Source of the DNA: Octopus bimaculoides
Lineage: Eukaryota
Assembly: GCF_001194135.2 (NCBI RefSeq)
Contig: NC_068984.1
Span: 18,324,939 to 18,388,938 of the forward strand
Length of the DNA: 64,000 nt
Reading direction: 5' to 3'
In this document: positions 55,772 through 64,000 of the stretch, in pieces
Layout: each line of letters starts with the position of its first letter
Position numbering within the stretch: the first letter of the stretch is position 1
Position numbers and translations under genes: made by a program
The notes under the pieces: generated by a model
Told to the model about the DNA's origin: nothing
Databases searched by the model: none
The model's input: the letters and a program-made list of their open reading frames with translations, nothing else

Positions 55772-56040
55772 AGAATTCACAAAAAAACAAAAGACGAAGA
55801 CAGGTGGTGTAGAAAACAAATAGATGTATTAGTATAACGCTCGGGAATTGAAAATGTCTTTAACGTTTCGAGCCTACACTCTTCCACAGAAAGAAACAAG
55901 GAGAGAAACAAAGAGAGAAAAACAATGTGTGTAATGGCTAGCGATCTATCATGGCGAATGCTGGACAGAAAGGTCACACAGGAGAGCTAAGGAGAAGGGG
56001 AGATAACAAAGTAGTAGTGATCCCAACTATAGAAGAGGAT
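55768..56040 (-). mobile_element. Penelope-like terminal fragment with hammerhead-like motif (55857-55894)
   Basis: The minus strand reads TCTTT-CTGTGGA-A-GAGT[GTAG]GCTC-GAAA-C-GT-T-AAAGA. Its 3' end abuts (TA)n. Confidence 0.6.
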
Positions 56041-56046
56041 ATATTA

Positions 56047-56545
56047 CAGGGTAACCCCCAAAAACAGAACCCATAAAATTTTATCAAATCCTGCAAAGGT
56101 CCAGCAAATTTCTTGAAATTTGCTGGAATTAAACTTGGGTCTGTGTATGTTCATTCCCTTTGCATAAAAGTCAAGTTCTTTTCAAAATATGCTCCAAATG
56201 GCCTCTGCGACATTGGAGGCACACTTGCATACGTCGTGCAAAATTATCAATTACTTGAACACATTCCTCGTTGGAGATTTCCCATGATTGCTGCCTTCAG
56301 TTCACCAGTCATTTGAGGGTTATTCTGATAAACATTATCCTTGAGATACCCCCACAGATAAAACTCGGGGGAGGGGTCAAGTCCAGAGACTGCGGTGACC
56401 ACTCAACACCACACTTCCTGCTGATCGGTCTCTCCTGAAATCACTCTGTCAGCCGGGCTAGGGAGTCATTTGATGCAGTGGTGGGGTGGACCTCATCTTG
56501 CTGGAATCCCTGTTCATCTCAATCTATCCCACTGCATCCAATTTG
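56047..56545 (-). mobile_element. Degenerate Tc1/mariner-superfamily transposase 3' fragment (rosa/DD41D-like)
   Basis: The minus strand reads FQQD...E*FQERPISRKCGVEWSPQSLDLT..EFYLWGYLKDNVYQNNPQMTGELKAAI. The terminus is TA-CAGGGTAACCCCCAAAAA at 56045-56064. Confidence 0.85.
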
Positions 56546-57350
56546 CCATTAAAATGACAGTGTGATAGTGATCATGAGTCTTTTAGCATTCCAATGCATA
56601 TATTCTTTCTTTTTTAATATTTTTTCTAATTAAATGGTTTTAAGATTATAACGAAGTAAAATTTATGTATTAATTCTAATTATGCACTAGCCTCAACCTG
56701 TTAACTTTTTTTTCTATAACCTGCTGATCAGTGCAAAACTCAAGCTGGACATATCAGAATATGAAGAGAAGTTCTTGCTTTATTCTCAGTCCCGAGTGAC
56801 TGACTAGAATGAATGTTCTCTGCTGTTAATATTTCTCTACTTTCTCTGTTCTTTGTTCAGTTATTACTTTACTAATTCCAATCATAGAAAAAAATCAAAT
56901 GTCTTATGTAATTATAAAAAAACTGTGTTGGCTGTAAGAATCAAATTATTTTGTTCTGTACTTTTATAATCAAGTGACTGGATAAGCCTAATCATGCAAC
57001 TAGCCATGATATAAAATTGATTTCTTTTGTCAACGCAAAAAGATCTGATCTTCTATTTCTGTTTTGTGAGAATAACAACTAGAATGTTATTTCATTCATG
57101 CTTTTCCATAAAGCATATCAACATGAATCAAATAACTTTTACCAAGAAATTACAACTTTGTCTACGCCATACTCTGAATTATCCAGGAACATCATCATCA
57201 TCATCATCATTTAACGTCCGCTTTCCATGCTAGCATGGGTTGGACGATTTGACTGAGGACTGGTGAAACCGGATGGCAACACCAGGCTCATGATCTGAAA
57301 TTATACTGGTCAATAAAGAAACAGTTAGCTAAGGAGTGGCTGTGTGGATA

Positions 57351-57750
57351 GGCACAGGAGTGGCTGTGTGGTAAGTAGCTTGCTTACCAACCACGTGGTT
57401 CCGGGTTCAGTCCCACTGCGTGGCACCTTGGGCAAGTGTCTTCTATTATAGCCTCAGGCTGACCAAAGCCTTGTGAGTGGATTTGGTAAACGGAAACTGA
57501 AAGAAGCCCGTCATATATATGTATATATATATATATGTGTGTGTGTGTCTGTGTTTGTCCCCCCAACATCGCTTGACAACCGATGGCGGTGTGTTTACAT
57601 CCCCGTAACTTAGCAGTTCAGCAAAAGAGACCGATAGAATAAGTACTAGGTTTACAAAGAATAAGTCCTGGGGTCGATTTGCTCGACTAAAGGCAGTGCT
57701 CCAGCATGGCCACAGTCAAATGACTGAAAGAAGTAAAAGAGTAAGAGTCA
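57351..57750 (+). mobile_element. SINE family A, full-length copy
   Basis: GGAGTGGCTGTGTGGTAAG head, GGTTCAGTCCC B box, CCTTGGGCAAGTGTCTTCT core, central (TA/TG)n and ...CAGCATGGCCACAGTCAAATGACTGAAA tail. Many homologous copies occur in the window. Confidence 0.9.
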
Positions 57751-57769
57751 TCCATCTATTTTCTCTACC

Positions 57770-58200
57770 CAATATTCTTGAAAATGTCATGGGAGTAGAG
57801 TCCTTGGGCACTTCTTCTGTATGGCCCTACCAGAAGGAACTGTCATTACACTTTTCAACTGGATTTCCAAGCGTAACCAACTGAGACTATGGATATTATC
57901 CAGCCATCTCGTTCTTGGTCAACCCTTGGCCTCCTGCCAGATGGCTTGGTTTGAAGAATCCATTTACTAATTCTCTCCTGCAACATACTGACCACATGTC
58001 TGCAGTACTGGATTTGTGGGCCCTGAATGTAAAGTAGCAGCAGTTTGACCTGGAGAGGCACTCTGATCTTTGAGCTATGCACTCTGTCAATTAACACTAT
58101 TTCAGAGATCCACTTGTATTCATGATCACACACCTTTGGTAATTATCTCATGGCCACAGGTGAAGATAGGCACAAAGAGTTTGGCTTTTTTATCAACTGC
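57770..58200 (-). mobile_element. Degenerate RTE-like LINE ORF2 C-terminal fragment
   Basis: The minus frames give HVVSMLQERISKWILQTKPSGRRPR followed, after a frameshift, by VDQPRTRWLDNI-like sequence. The RPRGRPRTRW.D pattern is typical of RTE ORF2 ends. Confidence 0.7.
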
Positions 58201-58274
58201 TCCTCTTTTGAGGATCAAACTCTGATGCTGGCACATCACTCTAAATTGTATTTCTTTTTTTAATTATTTTCCAG

Positions 58275-58386
58275 ATCCTTAACAACACTTGGTCTAGTTA
58301 TATCAGCTTTAGCTGACCAAGCTGCTGGGAAGAACAAGAATAAATTTGTACCATACCGAGACTCTGTCCTGACATGGCTGCTAAAG
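58275..58386 (+). CDS. KIF13: KIF13-like exon: (K)[37 protein letters not shown]
   Basis: TTTTCCAG acceptor and AAG|GTAATG donor. Length 112 nt; its first base completes the AA|A Lys codon of the previous exon. The peptide closely matches vertebrate KIF13B helix 4-loop 12-helix 5 as I recall it. Confidence 0.95.
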
Positions 58387-58493
58387 GTAATGTCTATATG
58401 TATATATTTATTGATTCTACTATTCTGTTGGTATTTTTTCTCTCTCTTTAAATTTTCTAAGTAAAATTTAAAGATAACTTCATGTTTATTATT

Positions 58494-58642
58494 TACATTA
58501 TTTACATTTGACAGATATTTGTCCTCATCTTGTTTGTTGTTAACACGTTTTGGCTGATATACCCTCCAGCCTTCATCAGGTGTCTTGGGGAAATTTCGAA
58601 CCTGGGTTCTCATTCCTAATGTATTTTTCAATGTTGTTGTTG

Positions 58643-58684
<42 letters not shown>

Positions 58685-58748
58685 CCACTGCCTGGAATCG
58701 AACTCAGAATCTTGGAGTTAGTAGCCCACACTCTTAACAACTACGCAT
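58494..58748 (-). mobile_element. Inverted second copy of the same tRNA-head + hammerhead element
   Basis: Its reverse complement aligns along its whole length with 58755-58996. Confidence 0.8.
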
Positions 58749-58750
58749 AC

Positions 58751-59027
58751 GGGCATATGGCGTAGTTGTTAAGAGCGTGGGCTACTAACCCCAAGATTCC
58801 GAGTTCGATTCCAGGCGGCAACCTGAATAATAATAATAATAACAACTACAACAACATTAAAAAATACCTTAGGAATGAGAACCCAGGTTCGAAATTTCCC
58901 CAAGACACCTGATGAAGGCTGGAGGGTATATCAGCTGAAACGTTGTGTTAACAACAAACAAGATGAGGACAAATATCCGTCAAATGTAATAATATACATA
59001 ATTCCTCATCTCTTAAATATAGAACTG
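58751..59027 (+). mobile_element. tRNA-headed SINE/retrozyme-like element with (AAT)n spacer and hammerhead-bearing Penelope-like tail
   Basis: A-box-like TGGCGTAGTTGTT at 58758-58770, B-box GAGTTCGATTCC at 58801-58812, (AAT)n, then a hammerhead motif at 58904-58949. Confidence 0.75.
58904..58949 (+). ncRNA. Minimal type I hammerhead ribozyme motif
   Basis: GACAC-CTGATGA-A-GGCTGG[AGGGTATA]TCAGCT-GAAA-C-GT-T-GTGTT. Stem I is 5 bp, stem II is 6 bp, stem III is the palindrome ACGT, and the cleavage triplet is GUU. Activity not tested. Confidence 0.75.
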
Positions 59028-59561
59028 AATTTCATGTTTGTTCCATTACTTTGAATCTTATTTTTCTGCAAAATTTATTGAAAATTTACTGTCTTGATAT
59101 ATATATGTATATTTCAAAAGACGTTTTTAGAAAGAATTCTCATGATACAGTCACAATATTTGAAGAAAGATTTTCTTAAATTAAAAATTATTAGTTATGT
59201 AGAAGAATCTTAGAAAAACAGAAATTTGTGTTTAGCACTTTCTCTGTTTACAGCTTTTCAAACACACATTATGGGGTAATCTATACAGAGGAAGTTGTGT
59301 TCTTTGAGGTTATTTTAATTCAAGAAGATCTCTCTTTATATATCATCATTATTATATATATATTTATTTTCTGTTAACTTTGGAGAAAGATTGAATGAAG
59401 TTGAAAAAACTGTGATAAACATGAATAGCCTACAGTTTTATAAGTTTATTTGAAGAGAAATTATTTTATGGATTATAAAACTATACTAATGCTATAGCTA
59501 ACCTAAAGAAATTTACAGCTAAGAAGCTTTCATTGTGCTAATGTGAGTCATTTCTTTACAG

Positions 59562-59774
59562 GACAACCTTGGTGGTAACAGCAAAACTGTGATGGTAGCT
59601 ACTGTGAGCCCAGCGGCAGATAACTATGAGGAAACACTTTCCACTTTGCGTTATGCTGACCGTGCAAAGAGAATTATAAACCATGCTGTGGTAAACGAAG
59701 ACCCCAATGCTCGTATCATTCGAGAGCTCAGAGAAGAAGTTGTTGTATTACGTAACCAACTCAGCGAAGCTCAG
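59562..59774 (+). CDS. KIF13: KIF13-like exon, end of motor domain and neck: [71 protein letters not shown]
   Basis: CTAAT branch at 59538-59542, TTTACAG acceptor and CAG|GTAAAG donor. Length 213 nt (71 codons), phase 0-0. Overlaps ORF 59589..59819. [13 protein letters not shown] and VVNEDPNA are typical kinesin-3 motifs. Confidence 0.96.
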
Positions 59775-60249
59775 GTAAAGAGTTTCTCTCACTACACTTG
59801 TGGTACATTTATACATTGATATATCATATTCTGTTATTTGTTTTCAGTTAGTGGACTGTTATCAAGCTGGGTCACTGTCTTGAAGAGTCTAGTTGAACAA
59901 ATCTACCCCATGGCTTATTTTAAGTGTGATATTTATTTTGTCAGTCCCCTTTTTGTTGGACCACTAAGTTGTGGAGATGTAAAAATACAGACACTAGTCA
60001 CAATGTGGTGAGGGTTGTGAGGTCCCACACAGTTCCCATCTACCTAATTCATTCATTGTTTGGCCCAAGATCATAGTAGAAGACACTTGTTCATGGTGCC
60101 ATGCAGGGGGGAGGGAGTGAAGTGAACTGTTAAACCACACAGGCATGCCTGTTGCTGTTAAGTCCATTATCCTGTCCCTGTTGTGTTTTTCCTTACTGCT
60201 ATTTTGCAGAAAATTTTATATTTCAAATTCATCATGAACTTGTTGATAT

Positions 60250-60670
60250 AGGTGTAGGTATGGCTGTGTGGTAAGAAGTTTACTTCTCAACCATATGGTT
60301 TTAGGTTCAGTCCCACTGCATGGAACCTTCAGCAAGTGTCTTCCACTATAGCCTTGGGTTGATCAAATCCTTCTGAGTGGATCTGATATATGGAAACTGA
60401 GAGAAGACCATTGTGTGCGTGTCTGTCTGTTTGTCTGTCAGTCTGTGTCTTTATGTCTATGTTTGCCCCCACCAATGCTTAACAACTGATGCTGGTGTGT
60501 TTATGTCCCCATAACTTAGTAGTTCAACTAAAGAGATTATAGTAGAATAAGTACCAAGTTTAAAATATAAGTAGTAGGGTTGATTCATTCGACTAAAATT
60601 CTTCAAAGCAGTGCCCCAGCATGGCTGCAGTCTAGTAACTGAAACACATAAAAGATAAAGATAAAAGATG
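60250..60670 (+). mobile_element. SINE family A, diverged full-length copy
   Basis: Same architecture. Confidence 0.85.
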
Positions 60671-61569
60671 AAGTAGAAAATCATTCTATGCAAAAGCTAT
60701 GACTTCCTATCATGTCAGACTATGAAATATGTGGGTTACAGTTCGTTACTATGTAACAATGAAATATTATTGTTTAGCCTCAAGTTAGCCCTTATTGAGC
60801 AGATCTATGATTGAAGGTGTTCAAGCTGTGAAAATCTCATTATTGTCTAAATTATACTTAACATTCCATTAATACACATTTGTTTACACATTTTCTTCCA
60901 TTTCTTGAGATGGTAGATGTGGTTTGCAAAAAATTCAGCTGCTGTTTTTAGCAGTCATGAAATGTAAATACTGAATGTAAAAAAAAAAAAACATTTAATA
61001 AAAAAAAATGTTGATTCAAAGAAAAATGGGTATATAGGAATTATTTGTATCATGGTATGAATCTGTATTATTCACATGGTATGGATAATCAATAAAAATA
61101 GACAATGAGATCATCATCCTCATCATTTAGTGTCCACTTCTTTACATGTGCATGGGTTAGACAGGATTTGTAGAAGTGGATATTCTACAACCAGATGCCT
61201 TCCTGTTGTTGACCTTCACCTGTTTCCAAGCAAAGTAATGTTTTCCACAGAAGACAGGAAATAAACATCAATTGTATGATGGTGATGCTTGCTTACAACC
61301 CTTGTGTGAGGTCAAAAGACTAGGTTGCACACACACATGCATGTATATATATATATATATATATATAGATAGATAGATAGATAGATAGATGCCTTGTAAA
61401 AATCACTCAGTATACTCTGTAAAGTGGTTGGAGTCAAGAAAGGCATCTAGCCATAGAAACCATGCCAGAACAAACAATTGGAGCCCAGTGCAGCTCTCTT
61501 GCTGGCCAGCTCTTGTCAAACTACCCATGCCAGCATGGGTAGTTTGACATTAATGACAATGATATATAT

Positions 61570-61748
61570 ATAGTAAATCCAAAAAGAACAAACACAAAAG
61601 AACTTCAACGCGAGGATGTGGTACATGTAATGTATTAGCTGACGCTCAGGAAAGGAAAGAAAGATGGTTTAACGTTTCAAGCAGGCGCTCTTCTTCGGAA
61701 ACAGAGGAAAGTTTAATAGAAGGGAAGACCAAGGAAGTAAATCACCAA
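61570..61748 (-). mobile_element. Penelope-like terminal fragment with hammerhead-like motif (61667-61702)
   Basis: The minus strand reads GTTT-CCGAAGA-A-GAGC[GCCT]GCTT-GAAA-C-GT-T-AAAC. It shares GAGGA(C/T)GTGGTACATG with the 17762 copy. Confidence 0.6.
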
Positions 61749-61749
61749 G

Positions 61750-61880
61750 TTTCCATCTACCAAATCCACATTCAAAACAATGGTTGGTCTGAGGCTATAG
61801 TAGAAGACACTTGCATAAGGTGCCTTACAGTGGAACTGAACCCAGAACCACATGGCTGTCACACAGGTTTATTAATCACA
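61750..61880 (-). mobile_element. SINE family A head fragment
   Basis: GGCTATAGTAGAAGACACTTG...GGAACTGAACCCAGAACCACATGG is the reverse complement of the family A head. Confidence 0.75.
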
Positions 61881-63184
61881 CAGTCATGCTTTTGCTATGC
61901 ACTGTGCATATCTTACTTTTTCTTTTTTGTGGTAGGGTGTGCTTAAGCTACTGTCAAGCAGGCCAAGCAACCATTTAGAGGGGCCCTCGTTAGCTCATAA
62001 TAACATTAAAAGTGGGGATTTGTGCAGTGTTGGCAATCGTGAATTTAAGTGAAACTATTCTGAATAGCAATGAAAACCAGGTTGTGGATTTGGCTTTGGC
62101 AAAAACTTACCAGAATGGCATGAGCCTATCTGTTCTTGAAGAGTATAGATAATAAAACATATAACAATATTATCTACATTTGAAGTATAGATAATATATA
62201 TATGAATCACATGAATATTTACATTCCAGCTATTTCTTATATTGTTGATATGCAACCAAAGCAGTTTTTTTTTTTTCTTTACCTTTTTAAAAAAAAAAAC
62301 GTGTTTTTAAAGATTTTCATGATCAAGCTATATTTACTTGTTGGATATCTATATTCTTAACAGAACACAGTATCTCTTCTGCTTTTTTTTTTTTTCCTTT
62401 TTTTTTTTGTTATTTTTTATTGCCCCCCCCCACTCCCTTTATGTATTTTTTCTCTCTCAGCACCAAGCCCAGTTTTATTTATGCGCCTTGTGCATACAGC
62501 TTTTTTCTTTTTTGTTATTTAGCTATATTTATTGCATCATCATCATCATCATCATTATTATTGTTATCATTATTATTATTATTATTATTATTAATGATTA
62601 TTAGCTGAGACATGCAGAGGAAGATGTTTTAGTTCCATTGAACATAAGTTGCTTTTTATTATCTTATTGTAATTTGTATCATATTTAGTAACTGGATAGA
62701 ATCTTTTATTGTCTTTTTGTGCGTGTGTATGCATGTGGAACATCTCCCTTATGAAGCAGAGAGTAATTTGAGTTCCAGTTATTGTTCGTTGACAAGGCAG
62801 GTCTTTTTTGTTTGTTTTTCTACGCATGGCAGTAGAAGTAGAAGCCTACTCCCCCAGTGTGAGAGGCTTCAGCCTGCTATCAAGAAGAGGGTAGCAACAA
62901 TAACAACAAAATGAACAAAGAACAAAGCAATAATAACAAACATGATGTAAAGCCAATGAGGGAACTACAACATGATTGCTTCTCTTGCTAGAAATAGCAG
63001 TCAGTTCTCTCTGAAATCAAATCCCACTGCTGTAGTCTTCGGTACTTCTAAAACAAACATCAGATTGTTATACACACATCTGCGAAAAGATGTCTCGAGA
63101 GAAAGGAGTGACAGGATAAACACACCTGGAACATATTTGGTCACGATTGACTACTATACCTTGGCACAGGTTGGTGTGTACGTT

Positions 63185-63475
63185 GCCCTTTCAAAGCCTA
63201 GCCAGGCTCATGGGCCCGGTTTCCCGGTTTCTATGGCGTATATGTTCCCCCCAGCTGGACGGGACACCAGTCCATCGCAGCATTACTCAAGAAACAGGAA
63301 GAAAGAGTGAGAGAAAGTTGGGGCGAAAGAGTACAACAGGGGTCGCCACCATTCCCTGCTGGAGCCTCGTGGAGCTTAGGTGTTTTCGCTCAATAAACAC
63401 TCACAATGCCCGATCTGGGAATCGAAACTGCAATCCTCCGACCGCAAGTCCGCTGCCCTAACCACTGGGCCATTG
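63185..63475 (-). mobile_element. tRNA-derived SINE with the same head as 18214 but a different core/tail
   Basis: The minus strand reads AATGGCCCAGTGGTTAGGGCAGCGGACTTGCGGTC...CTTTCTTCCTGTTTCT and then GCTGCGATGGACTGGTGTCCCGTCCAG. Confidence 0.8.
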
Positions 63476-64000
63476 GTATAGATAAATTATGTAGTAGAGG
63501 TTTAATCAATGTGTTCACGAGACTACCGAAATGCTCTGTCTGACTACTACTGACCACTACTATAAGAGTTCAGCTAGTCCATTCTTCCAATCCTCCAGGG
63601 GTGTCAATGACTCTTACCAAAACATTGACCTACAGCTAAACAATGACAAATACAGCAGTAAGAACAAAGATAATGGCAGTTTCAGCAGAAGCTGCTTAAA
63701 ATCAGACCAAGATTCCGCCCTGAAACATGTCCAAGAAAGTAAATGAGATTGACAAAAATGGTAAAATGATACATCACAACCAGGCATTGTTATTTTCTCA
63801 ACAAAGATGAAATGGAGTGCAACAAAGGACAGTTACTTTCTGGTGTTCCTAGATTTTGAGACACCTCGACTTGCACTCTGGCAGAAAAAAGCTATCAAAT
63901 ATATTGGGCTGGGGTTAGTCCACATTACTCCATAAGGTCAGCTAGTACTTAATAACCATCAAGAAGATATTCTACCAGACACTGCATCTCTCTGCATTTT

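Larger units (their letters stand above)
58494..58996. repeat. Long inverted repeat (fold-back) with ~250-bp arms and ~10-nt spacer
   Basis: Centre CAACTACGC-ATACGGGCATATG-GCGTAGTTG. The arms align as reverse complements at roughly 90% identity by eye. Confidence 0.95.

Noticed and set aside
56728-56810. Exon-like frame KLKLDISEYEEKFLLYSQSR
   Set aside because: Weak splice sites, no kinesin similarity, and the flanking KIF13 exons already join in frame.
58751-58825. Genuine tRNA gene
   Set aside because: No acceptor stem or T-run terminator; it is a SINE head. The same applies to 18214, 35860 and 63475.
63531-63746. 71-aa ORF near the window end
   Set aside because: No recognisable domain or splice context. 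It is probably a decayed retroelement that I could not classify.

Overview
AT-rich, microsatellite-rich animal genomic DNA with 8 assembly gaps. The SINE and RTE repeat families look like those I recall from Octopus (recall, not a search). The only protein-coding gene I can support is a + strand kinesin-3 of the KIF13A/B (Khc-73) type. Three motor-domain exons are visible (40713-40825, 58275-58386, 59562-59774); they splice in frame at GT-AG sites, and everything else is probably intron. The introns hold several tRNA-derived SINE families, RTE and CR1/L2-like LINE remnants, a full-length dead D,D34D mariner nested in a TTAA-flanked MITE, a rosa-like transposase fragment, and hAT and mariner MITEs. 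The most interesting signal is five minimal hammerhead-ribozyme-like motifs of the Penelope/retrozyme type. They share an extra A in the core and show compensatory stem changes. Two of them belong to a tRNA-headed element duplicated head-to-head into a ~500 bp fold-back in the 1.2 kb intron between two kinesin motor exons. Almost all ORF-track entries are microsatellite, gap or repeat artefacts. Repeat boundaries are approximate unless TIRs or TSDs are quoted.
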